Of a stretch of DNA of 64,000 bases, positions 37,101 through 45,271 are shown piece after piece. The notes below the pieces were generated by a model, which saw only the letters and a program-made list of their open reading frames with translations, did not search any database and was not told the origin of the DNA. Numbering within the stretch: the first letter of the stretch is position 1; every line of letters begins with the position of its first letter. The stretch covers positions 34,576 through 98,575 of the forward strand of contig CAYULA010000002.1 in the NCBI GenBank assembly GCA_964445525.1. Reading direction: 5' to 3'. The stretch comes from an uncultured Thermoplasmatales archaeon (GTDB taxonomy: Archaea; Thermoplasmatota; Penumbrarchaeia; Penumbrarchaeales; Penumbrarchaeaceae). The position numbers and the translations under genes were made by a program.

Positions 37101-38634
37101 GGAGGTCAAGGTGGAATACTGGTTCGGAGAAGGGCCTCACACCAATGTCACAATGACCGGGGGCGGTCCTTTTTCCCACATTGCCGATATACCACTGGAT
37201 TCTTCAGAAACACTGCATTACATCTTCCACGCATCGGATACCTCCGGCAACTGGAACCATACCCCGCAGGTGGATGTGGATATACTTGACAACGATCTGC
37301 CGGCATTCATGGAGGATCTCTCAGATACCACGGCGACAACGGGTGATAATTTCTCTTTCGAGATCGAGGTGACTGACAACATCGGTATCTCCGATGTTTA
37401 CGTGGAGTACTGGTTCGGGACCGGAGACCATAACAATGAATCCATGATTTCAGTGGATTCCTTTGGTTTGAGAATCGAGATCCCATCCGACTCGGTGGAG
37501 AGGCTCAATTACATCTTCCATGCAGTGGATGAATCCGGGAACTGGGCACACACGGACCGGGTGGATATCCAGATCGCAGATAATGACATGCCGGAAATGA
37601 TCGCCGACGAGAGTCCGGACGAAGCTTTTACCGGAGAGGATCTGGAGATAATTATCCGTGCAACCGATAACATCGGGTTGGCAGAGGTCGAACTTATCTG
37701 GATGATCGGATCGGATATTGATGAACAAAGAGTCGATATGGACCTCGAGTCAGGGAATTATGTTCACACCATCCAGGTTCCGGTCGATACGGTTGATCCT
37801 CTCCGGTACGTGATGAGGATAATCGATACCTCGGGTAACATATTCGAATCGGATGAAGCAACCATTACCATAACTGACAGTATATCTCCAACCGTCGATC
37901 CTGTGGATGATATCACTGTTTATGATGGACAGGACCTCGATGTCAATGTAACAGGGTCGGATAATATCGGTATCGCTTCATATTCGTGGGAAGGAGCTCC
38001 CATCGATGCAGATGGTTCCGAACTGAAAGGGATCGTGACAGTTCCGGGTGATCATGATATCACTGTCACCATTTCCGATGAGGAGGGCAATACCGATTCC
38101 ACTACTTTCAGAGTCACGGTTCTTGCGGAGGACCATGACACTGATTCCGACGGCATCCCGGACCTAGTCGAAATGGAGTGGGGCCTCTCCATCGAGGATC
38201 CTTCGGATGGCGAGGAGGATGCAGATAATGACGGGATGTCCAATGCTCTGGAGTATGCGAACGGGACCCTTCCCTTTGATGATGATACCGATGATGACGG
38301 AATGCCGGACGGATGGGAGGACAGCTACGGCCTGGATCCAACGACCTCCTCTTCAGATAACGATGCCGATGGTGACGGCAAGACCGACCTTGAGGAGTAT
38401 CGGGAAGGTACCGATCCTCTGATCAAGGAAAAGGAAGATGACGATGATGGCGGAGGATCCCCGATAGTGATCATTGTGATCATCGCGGTTGTTATCCTCA
38501 TTGCTATCGGTCTTTTGCTGTTTTTCCTTACCAGAAAGAAGGAAGAAAAATTGGAAAATGAGCCCTCCGATGGTCAGGACACATCAGAAAATGCTATTGA
38601 GGATCCAAGAGATGATGAAAATGAAAATCCTTGA
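34126..38634 (+). CDS. Giant (1502 aa) surface protein. An N-terminal array of ~25-aa GLUG-type repeats, eight ~100-aa Ig-like repeats, thrombospondin-type-3-like Asp-rich calcium-binding repeats, a C-terminal TM anchor and a short acidic tail.
   Basis: GLUG-like periodicity (...NIGGLVGRNHEGKISNCFSGCNVIGRGQKIGGMVGYN... repeated ~25 times). The repeated module ...DNIGI..V..EYWFG.G... occurs eight times. DTDSDGIPD, DADNDGMSN, DTDDDGMPDGWEDSYGLDP and DNDADGDGKTDLEEY are also present. TM IVIIVIIAVVILIAIGLLLFFL. Confidence 0.6.
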   Translation: MKREVFAVLITFGLLLVTGESVFGIIAENEDIEPMIPEFDFQFSGGNGTKINPYKISNITELQWMGNTSNLDKHFIFINDINASATLTWNGGNGFDPVGDSSNRFDGSINGNGYKIINLLINRSSDDFVGLVGDLGVTGYLSNITMLNASINGEDICGILAGRSFKGTIHNCSVNGSVKGSTNIGGLVGRNHEGKISNCFSGCNVIGRGQKIGGMVGYNEDAKTFENCSSRSYVKGTENVGGLIGDNEGSFIEWSNSTSMVIGTGAVGGLIGYNHFYSRITNCHSRFEINSTRDNIGGLIGKNQNNCPIFHSGSIGKINGRNQLGGIAGYNNQKIINSSSEVEITGQSMIGGLVGENHGEIRNCTADAEIEGVQRLGGLVGDGRDKSIYDSISYGNVTGTTYYIGGFVGGIISIDVINCRSYANVNSTGEYVGGFAGYPSLSNIKNSLSDCEVKGETNVGGFLGVNSYCIIENCHSFGWVNSTKDYTGGFIGLNLGTISNCSSLSNVNGKKSTGGLIGKNNNNYEIKECFSNGNVTGTDYIGGLIGENYGKILNCYSQGGVNGPMNKLAYFGGLLGYNNGRVTNSYSTGKVTGTFRKGFIGDNYGTVQNSFWDYESSGVTYSDGGTGKNSSEMKSQNTFSSAGWDFNETWYIIEDETYPMLSNNLMDYSVPVFLDDYTNISGSTGTNFTFNISVTDNIGLSFVMVEFWYGNGSHLEKQLKLNNTYKTFTELPVNSTDTLYYFFHARDFKGNTNSTPIKNVTINDILIPFFSNETTQNNGTTGDQFQFKIYAYDNIGIQNVYLEYWSNFTKKTNVSMEENGYFIKNILLPSNVTNISYQFHAVDLSFNWKSTDVKTLLVLDNDKPLFGKDLTADNWTTGDIVEFSIIVQDNINVNSVKIEYWFGSGPRFNESMVFDSGSYTFDLMIPPDSLDQLHYIFHAVDTSGNWNRTDQIDVAVLDDDRPIFGMDGSAVLGTTGEQYRFGIGVVDNIGIEEVKVEYWFGEGPHTNVTMTGGGPFSHIADIPLDSSETLHYIFHASDTSGNWNHTPQVDVDILDNDLPAFMEDLSDTTATTGDNFSFEIEVTDNIGISDVYVEYWFGTGDHNNESMISVDSFGLRIEIPSDSVERLNYIFHAVDESGNWAHTDRVDIQIADNDMPEMIADESPDEAFTGEDLEIIIRATDNIGLAEVELIWMIGSDIDEQRVDMDLESGNYVHTIQVPVDTVDPLRYVMRIIDTSGNIFESDEATITITDSISPTVDPVDDITVYDGQDLDVNVTGSDNIGIASYSWEGAPIDADGSELKGIVTVPGDHDITVTISDEEGNTDSTTFRVTVLAEDHDTDSDGIPDLVEMEWGLSIEDPSDGEEDADNDGMSNALEYANGTLPFDDDTDDDGMPDGWEDSYGLDPTTSSSDNDADGDGKTDLEEYREGTDPLIKEKEDDDDGGGSPIVIIVIIAVVILIAIGLLLFFLTRKKEEKLENEPSDGQDTSENAIEDPRDDENENP

Positions 38635-38651
38635 AAAAGGTGTTTATATTT

Positions 38652-40040
38652 TCATCTGGGGATCCAGCCGATCCTCTCATATCCGTTGATAACCCTTTCA
38701 AGGTCCTCCACGGTGATTCCAAGGACCTTTTCCTCTTTCATCAAGGATATCGCATCCTCGGTGAATCCCTCTCTCGCCATTATGAAGGCATACTCGGTCC
38801 TTTTCCGGTTATGCCAATCGATTTTCTCCATGTTATTCAGGAGGTCTCTTACAACATCCGGACCCGTTGGTCTGTTCCTCCACTTGATCTCGCCGACCAG
38901 AATTGTCTTTTCCTTCCTGGAATAGAATAACGAATCCACCTCGTTTCCGGACCTGTCCCACCATGATCCGCTCCCATCCTGAACGAATGGAATGGATCCG
39001 TTCTCTTCCAGAAATGTCCTTATCACCTTCTCTATCCCTCTTCCAATGGCATCGAAGAAGGTATTTTTGTCTATCTTGGCTATCCCGTTTTTAAATAGTT
39101 CCATTTTGGGATAACATACTGAGAACCATAACTGGAAGAAGGGATCATCTATCACATATCTGACATGTTTTTCCTTTCCGAAAATGGGCCTGTCCCTTTT
39201 CACAAGTCTCATGTCCATGAGATTATTGATGTATTTGGGAAGCATCTGGACCTCCATTCCGAGCTGGTCCGCTATCATGGTAGGTCCGAACTTGCCCCTG
39301 GATATGACCTCGAGTATCGAGAAATAGGTATCCCAGGAATTGCCGAATTCCTGGATAAGGACATTCTCCCCCTCCGGTAAAAATATCGATCCGGGTGAAA
39401 ATATACTCTTTCTGATATCATCTATATTTTTCTTGTATCTGATCAATTCGAGATATCTGGGGACCCCTCCCACAAGTGAATAGGCTTCCATTGCGTCCCT
39501 GAAGGAGAATCCGGAATCGGTCAGGATACTCACCGAATCCTCCATCGCAAGAGGCCTCAGCTCCAGGAGGTGAGTGCTTCTACCGAAGAGGGGTTCTTTC
39601 CTGTCCTCGAATATCTTCTTCATCAGACTTATGTGGGAACCATCGACTATCAGCCTCAGCCTTCTCTCGTCCTTGTACTTGTCTATGAGCATCTGCAGAT
39701 CCGAGAATGCCCCTTCGTCCATGAATTTCAGATTGGAGAGCTCGTCAAGAAAAATGATCTTCCCATCCAGTCTGAACAGATATTCGAAGAATTCCTCCAA
39801 GGAACCGAAGGTCGGGGAATAGCCCGTTTGTTCCTTTAGGGACCTCGACATCTGATCCAGAGCCAGACTGAGTCTTTTCCTCGGGATGAAGAATTCAAGG
39901 AGGTCGGGACCTTTGAGGGCCTCCCTGATCAGTCGTGTTTTCCCGATCCTTCTTCTTCCGGTGATCACAAAAAAGCAGTGATCTCTGGACATTCCTTCCC
40001 GTATCATCGATGTCTCTTCATCCCTGTCGAAGAACCTCAT
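38652..40040 (-). CDS. Archaeal ATPase (Arch_ATPase / ATPase_2 family) fused to a C-terminal DUF234 domain
   Basis: Walker A FFVITGRRRIGKT, a Walker B-like IIFLDE, and the characteristic ~460-aa length with a DUF234-type C-terminus (...LVGEIKWRNRP...). Confidence 0.7.
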   Translation of the reverse strand: MRFFDRDEETSMIREGMSRDHCFFVITGRRRIGKTRLIREALKGPDLLEFFIPRKRLSLALDQMSRSLKEQTGYSPTFGSLEEFFEYLFRLDGKIIFLDELSNLKFMDEGAFSDLQMLIDKYKDERRLRLIVDGSHISLMKKIFEDRKEPLFGRSTHLLELRPLAMEDSVSILTDSGFSFRDAMEAYSLVGGVPRYLELIRYKKNIDDIRKSIFSPGSIFLPEGENVLIQEFGNSWDTYFSILEVISRGKFGPTMIADQLGMEVQMLPKYINNLMDMRLVKRDRPIFGKEKHVRYVIDDPFFQLWFSVCYPKMELFKNGIAKIDKNTFFDAIGRGIEKVIRTFLEENGSIPFVQDGSGSWWDRSGNEVDSLFYSRKEKTILVGEIKWRNRPTGPDVVRDLLNNMEKIDWHNRKRTEYAFIMAREGFTEDAISLMKEEKVLGITVEDLERVINGYERIGWIPR

Positions 40041-40214
40041 GTTTAAACCAAAACAGGATTATCCTGAAATGGTTTATAACTTTCCTCGATAATCCTGTCT
40101 TATGAATGAATTATCCCGAAACCCAATTCTGCATTTCAATAAATCCGAATTATATCGCTTCTTATTTATTCCAAGAGATTTTTCAAGTTTCCGGGATCAT
40201 TCAGGTGGACCTCC

Positions 40215-41237
40215 ATGCTGGTGGAAGCTGTAGATGACGACATCAAGAGGGATGTCTGGAAGAGGGACGAGTTCACGTGCCGCTACTGCGGGAGGACCGT
40301 TGCATGGGAGGATGTGAACCTTGTTTTGGATGTGCAGCCGGAAAAAGGAGGAGAGGTTGCCCCCTCAAATATGCTCACTGTCTGCTCCACCTGTTTGACC
40401 GAGGGAAAGACAGCCCCCGTAGAGGAGAAGGACAAGCAGAGACTTCTGGGAATAATCAGAGAGCTCGTCTGCTACACCGATCTCACAGACGAGGTAATAT
40501 TCGAGATGGACCACGAGCAGGAGATCGAGAGGCTCCTTGCGAAGATGCAGGCCCTCAAGGAGGATAATCAGAGGCTTTCTGCCGCAATTCAGCAGAGGGA
40601 GAGGCTTGCAATAGGTTACAAGCAGAAGATGGACAGGGTCCTCAAGGATATGGAAAACTTGAAGAGAAGACAGGAGTCGGATATAGAACTGAGAGTGGAT
40701 GAGGGCACCAGAAAGGTAATCCTGTCCATGATCGAGACCCTTGACGATATCGACAGGGCCATCCAGGAAGCAAGGAAGGATAACGGAGTCAAGGAGGTTC
40801 AAAATATCATTTCCGGCCTGGGAATGATAAGGAAAGCCTTGATGGACAGGCTGAGGTCACAGAGTGTCCAGAAACTGGACCCCAAGGGGGAGATATTCGA
40901 TCCGAACTATCACGAAGCGGTATCCTCGGTGATGAATAGAAAGGTCCCCAAGGGAACGGTCCTCGAGGTCCGGCAGCCGGGTTTCATCCGGGGCCACCAT
41001 CTTCTCAGACCGGCCATGGTGATCATATCCAAGGGTGGTAAAAAACCCGAAAGGAAAGAACCCGAGAAACTGGAGGAGTTCGAGCTGGACGAGGAGACAG
41101 ATGAGATAGAGGTCCTCCCCCTGGAACCCTGGACGCCGGGCAGTAACGATACCGAATTCGTGGTCAAGAAACCAAAGAAGAAGAAAAGGGTTTCAAAACG
41201 GAAGAAAAATACTCAATCCAAGGGCGATAAAACATAA
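40215..41237 (+). CDS. grpE: GrpE nucleotide-exchange factor with an N-terminal degenerate HNH-like zinc ribbon and a Lys-rich C-terminal tail
   Basis: The GrpE C-terminal domain is clear (...GMIRKALMDRL...GEIFDPNYHEAVSSV...VLEVRQPGFIRGHHLLRPAMVIISKG), preceded by a long coiled coil. The N-terminus WKRDEFTCRYCGR...LDVQPEKGG...NMLTVCSTC resembles an HNH zinc finger with the catalytic His replaced (DVQ for DHI). Confidence 0.7.
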   Translation: MLVEAVDDDIKRDVWKRDEFTCRYCGRTVAWEDVNLVLDVQPEKGGEVAPSNMLTVCSTCLTEGKTAPVEEKDKQRLLGIIRELVCYTDLTDEVIFEMDHEQEIERLLAKMQALKEDNQRLSAAIQQRERLAIGYKQKMDRVLKDMENLKRRQESDIELRVDEGTRKVILSMIETLDDIDRAIQEARKDNGVKEVQNIISGLGMIRKALMDRLRSQSVQKLDPKGEIFDPNYHEAVSSVMNRKVPKGTVLEVRQPGFIRGHHLLRPAMVIISKGGKKPERKEPEKLEEFELDEETDEIEVLPLEPWTPGSNDTEFVVKKPKKKKRVSKRKKNTQSKGDKT

Positions 41238-41269
41238 CAATTTACAACAAGGAATGGTATGCCCGTTCG

Positions 41270-43708
41270 TTGGCTCTGAAGGATCACGGATTGACTGCCC
41301 GGGAAGGGATAATGCTCCATCTTCTGGAATGCGATATCTACAGAAATGACGATATTGTGCCGGAGTCAGTGACACAGCCGGGAATCGCCAGGGCATTGGA
41401 CACTGACAGGAGCTATGTTTCCTTCGTCCTGTCGCAGATGGAGAGCAATGATACGGTGATAAACAAGCTGGGCAGGATCCAGGGGGGAAAGAGGAGAAGG
41501 AAGGTCTACTTCCTAACGGAGGAAGGGCTGAAATATGCCCAAGATATCAGGACCCTGATCTCCGGAATCCGGATTGCATACAAGAGCAAGGGGAAGGAAC
41601 TCAACAATCCCCTTGGATATGTCGCTTCCGAGGCAGGCCTCTCACTGACCACCATGGTGGTGAACATGGATGCCTCATCGGTTTTCGACCTTGACGATAT
41701 CACCCTTCTCGGCAGGACCAAAAAGAGATCCCCCGGAGGGCCCAGAGGTCCTCCTGTTCCCGATAATTTCAAGGGCAGGAAAAAAGAGATCTCAATTATC
41801 AGGTCCTGGTTGAAGGGAAGCTCCGGCATTCTCCAGGTCAACGGCATCGCGGGAACGGGAAAGACATCACTTGTGGGGAAAGCTCTCGAGGAGGAAATCG
41901 ATCCCGAACTGACCACGATTTACATTCCCGTACCCTCCTGGGGGGATGATTCGTCACTGATGACGAACCTCTCCAGGGAGCTTGAATCGGCAAATAGGTT
42001 GTCACTATCCAGCCTGCAGAAGGAGAAGGGCTCCCTTTCCCTGGATGAGTTCGCGAGAGGCCTCGAACAGGAGATATCAAGGAAATCCATGCTCCTGAAC
42101 CTGGATGACGTTCACAATCTTATCGGAAAGGGAAGGAAAAGCAAGGTCCTCGATCTGATCATCAGTATGTCCGTAAAGGACCTTAAGACCATTCTGATCT
42201 CCAGGAAGCCTCTCGAGCTTGACCCCAGGTTATCAATGAGATCGGATCCCCCCCTAATCCTGGAGGTGGCTGGATTGAAGAAGAACGATGTCAGAAGCCT
42301 TTTCGAGGACCACGATCTCGATTTCAACAATGATATCTATTCCAGAACCTCCGGTCATCCCCTCTACGTGAATCTTATTATCCATCATCACTGTCAGGGA
42401 GATGCGCTTGAACCCGGAAAGAGCATAAGGACATTCATCCGAAACGAGGTCCTGGAATGTCTCAACAGAACGGAGATGGACCTTCTGGATATCATGTCCG
42501 TTTTCAGGGTCCCAGTATCCAGGGAGAGGCTGTTCGATCTGGATGCCGGGGACCTTCTGATATCCGAGTCGGGCCTGCAGAGCCTGATGGGAGGGGGGAT
42601 ACTGACCGGAGGGGAGGGGTCCATCGTGATCCACCAGCTTATTAAGGATATTGTTCTCGAGATGATGCCCAAGAGCAGGTCTCTCAGGATACACAGGATC
42701 TTATCGGAACATTACAGGGAGAGGCTGGATCTCCAGACGATGCCGGTAAAGGATGTTTCCGGGAGGATCATCGATCTCAGGGAATACCTGCACCATATCT
42801 GGACCTGCGGAACAATCGGAGAAAGACTCTCCGCAATTTCCGACATGGGAGAGGAGATCATGAGCAGGTCCCTCAATGATGACCTGGAGAGATACAGCAA
42901 GGATATGCTGGATGAGATATCCCGGTCCCATGAAGCGGAATCACTCGATCCATCTCTCATGATCAGGATAATGATCTATCACGGATGGTGCCTGTCCGTC
43001 AGAGGAGAATGGGAAAAGGCCCTTGAAGAATACGACAGGGCCAGGATGAAAGCTGAGGAGATCCCCAGCTGGGACCTGGTTGGCAGATGCCTGAATGCCG
43101 TCGGGACCATACATCTCAGGAGGGGCGATCCCGAAAATGCCAGGGAGCTGATATCGAGGTCCATCGAGTTGATGGATGACAGGCGCACCCTTTGCAAGGC
43201 AAGGTCAAATCTTGCCATAGTACACTGGATGGAGGGACGCCTCGAGGAAGCCCTGGAGGAGGTTGACAGATCCCTGGATCTTGCACTGTATCTGGATGAT
43301 GCCATGGGAGTATCCAGGGGACTGATAAACAAGGGAATAATACTGGCCCAGATGAATGATTTCGAGGGATCGGGTTCCGCTTACGAGAAAGCCCTTGACA
43401 TATGCGAGAGGGAGGGTTTTTCCCAGACATTATCCATAGTACACGACAATCTCGGTGAGATAAGAAGGGAACTGTGTGACCTGGAGGCTTCCAGGAAACA
43501 TTTCGAAAAGAGCCTCTCGCTGGCAGCTGATCTCGGCTTCAGGTGGCAGGTGGCTGAGGCCACCCGGAACCTGGCATCCCTCACGGAGAAGGGACCGAGG
43601 AGAACCGGAATGTTCATGGAGTCCATTGAGATTTTCAGGGGCCTCGGTGACCTGAGAGAGGTCGAGAGGACCGAGGAGATGATGAGGGAGAGTCCCGATA
43701 AGGAATAG
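41270..43708 (+). CDS. STAND-type NTPase: N-terminal winged-helix DNA-binding domain, AAA/NB-ARC-like P-loop ATPase, C-terminal TPR array
   Basis: The N-terminal wHTH-like region is ...DIVPESVTQPGIARALDTDRSYVSFVLSQME.... Walker A GIAGTGKTSLVGKAL. The C-terminal ~300 aa are TPR-like (...ALEEYDRARMKAEE..., ...EEALEEVDRSLDLAL..., ...SAYEKALDICEREG...). Confidence 0.6.
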   Translation: MALKDHGLTAREGIMLHLLECDIYRNDDIVPESVTQPGIARALDTDRSYVSFVLSQMESNDTVINKLGRIQGGKRRRKVYFLTEEGLKYAQDIRTLISGIRIAYKSKGKELNNPLGYVASEAGLSLTTMVVNMDASSVFDLDDITLLGRTKKRSPGGPRGPPVPDNFKGRKKEISIIRSWLKGSSGILQVNGIAGTGKTSLVGKALEEEIDPELTTIYIPVPSWGDDSSLMTNLSRELESANRLSLSSLQKEKGSLSLDEFARGLEQEISRKSMLLNLDDVHNLIGKGRKSKVLDLIISMSVKDLKTILISRKPLELDPRLSMRSDPPLILEVAGLKKNDVRSLFEDHDLDFNNDIYSRTSGHPLYVNLIIHHHCQGDALEPGKSIRTFIRNEVLECLNRTEMDLLDIMSVFRVPVSRERLFDLDAGDLLISESGLQSLMGGGILTGGEGSIVIHQLIKDIVLEMMPKSRSLRIHRILSEHYRERLDLQTMPVKDVSGRIIDLREYLHHIWTCGTIGERLSAISDMGEEIMSRSLNDDLERYSKDMLDEISRSHEAESLDPSLMIRIMIYHGWCLSVRGEWEKALEEYDRARMKAEEIPSWDLVGRCLNAVGTIHLRRGDPENARELISRSIELMDDRRTLCKARSNLAIVHWMEGRLEEALEEVDRSLDLALYLDDAMGVSRGLINKGIILAQMNDFEGSGSAYEKALDICEREGFSQTLSIVHDNLGEIRRELCDLEASRKHFEKSLSLAADLGFRWQVAEATRNLASLTEKGPRRTGMFMESIEIFRGLGDLREVERTEEMMRESPDKE

Positions 43709-43720
43709 GAGTGTGTTGAT

Positions 43721-45259
43721 TTGAAGGCAGATTTTAGTGGAATCGATCCCAGGACCGGCCGGTCCTCGGGAGAATTGTTTAAAGATTCAACCAGGGAAGA
43801 AATTGATGAAAAGATCATAAAAGCATCAAAGTCCTTTGACGCTTTTTCATCACTTTCCAGAAATAAGAGAGCGGGATTTTTGAGGGCGGTTTCCCGTGAG
43901 ATAAAGGATCTGGCAAAGGAATTATTGGAGACCGCCGACAGGGAAACCGCACTGGGTCATAGGAGATTGAGGGGAGAGATGAATAGGACCTGCAATCAGC
44001 TTGTCTCCTTTGCCGATCACATTGAGGAAGGCTCCTATCAGGAAGTCGTGATAGATACCGGAGATCCGAACAGGTTCCCCGCTCCCAAACCCGATATCAG
44101 GAGGATGCTCTTTCCGATAGGACCGGCGGCAATATTCGGGGCATCCAACTTCCCGTTTGCATTCGGGGTGCTCGGTGGCGACACGGCATCCGCTCTTGCC
44201 GCGGGATGCACCGTTGTTGTCAAGGGACATCCGTCACATCCGGAAACCAACGAACTGTTCCTCTCAGCGGTTGAAAGAGCAGTTGATGAAACCGCTATCC
44301 CAGACGGAGTTTTTTCCCTGGTCCAGGGAGTCGGAAACGAGGTGGGTGAGGAGCTTGTGATGCATCCCTTGATCAAGGCCGTGGGATTCACGGGAAGCAG
44401 AAGAGGAGGAATGTCCCTGTCCGGGAAAGCCTCCGCCAGGGACGAACCCATACCTTTCTATGCGGAGATGGGAAGCATCAATCCTGTGATAGTAACCAGA
44501 GAGGCTGTTTCGAAGGATCCTTCTTCCGTGGCAGTGAAGGTGGCGGGGGCGGTTCTGCACGGATCGGGACAGCTGTGTACAAAACCAGGACTGGTCCTGG
44601 TGGAGGAGGCTCCCGGTCTGGAAACCTTCAGGGAGGCCCTGGAAAACAGGATGAGAACGGACAGATGCCAGCCGCTTTTAAATCACCAGATAAGGGAAAA
44701 CCTTGAACATGGCCTCGGGAAGCTATCGGGAATTGAGGGCATAGAGATGGCGGGAGGCGGGAAGGTCCGGGATGATAATTCCATAACATTTGAAAATACT
44801 CTGATCACGGCTTCCTCCGAGATCTTCCGCCGGGAGCCTCTCCTGCATGAGGAGAGGTTCGGTCCCGTAACATTGGTTGTAGGATGCAAGGGAAGGGAGG
44901 ACCTCCTGAAAACGGTGGAGTGTATCGAGGGCCAGTTGACCGGAACTGTCATGAATGCCGGGGAGGATGATGTTGAGGACATTCTGAGGGTCCTCACCTC
45001 GAAGGTGGGGAGGATCATATTGAATGGAGTCCCCATCGGTGTGGAGGTAAACCATTCAATGCAGCACGGAGGACCTTTCCCCGCAACTACAGCTCCGTGG
45101 ACGACATCCGTTGGCATGATGTCAATCAAAAGATGGCTGAGGCCCGTGGCTTTCCAGAATATTGATGAGAGGTATCTTCCCCTCGAGTTGAAGGATGACA
45201 ATCCCACGGGAATAATGAGGATCGTCAACGGGAAATATTCGAGAGGACCTGTTGGATAA
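43721..45259 (+). CDS. Aldehyde dehydrogenase superfamily protein (NAD(P)+-dependent; KGSADH/ALDH-like)
   Basis: ...IFGASNFPFAFGVLGGDTASALAAGCTVVVKGHPSHP..., the catalytic Cys region ...GQLCTKPGLVLVEE..., and ...EERFGPV.... Confidence 0.7.
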   Translation: MKADFSGIDPRTGRSSGELFKDSTREEIDEKIIKASKSFDAFSSLSRNKRAGFLRAVSREIKDLAKELLETADRETALGHRRLRGEMNRTCNQLVSFADHIEEGSYQEVVIDTGDPNRFPAPKPDIRRMLFPIGPAAIFGASNFPFAFGVLGGDTASALAAGCTVVVKGHPSHPETNELFLSAVERAVDETAIPDGVFSLVQGVGNEVGEELVMHPLIKAVGFTGSRRGGMSLSGKASARDEPIPFYAEMGSINPVIVTREAVSKDPSSVAVKVAGAVLHGSGQLCTKPGLVLVEEAPGLETFREALENRMRTDRCQPLLNHQIRENLEHGLGKLSGIEGIEMAGGGKVRDDNSITFENTLITASSEIFRREPLLHEERFGPVTLVVGCKGREDLLKTVECIEGQLTGTVMNAGEDDVEDILRVLTSKVGRIILNGVPIGVEVNHSMQHGGPFPATTAPWTTSVGMMSIKRWLRPVAFQNIDERYLPLELKDDNPTGIMRIVNGKYSRGPVG

Positions 45260-45271
45260 ACCTTTAATCAA

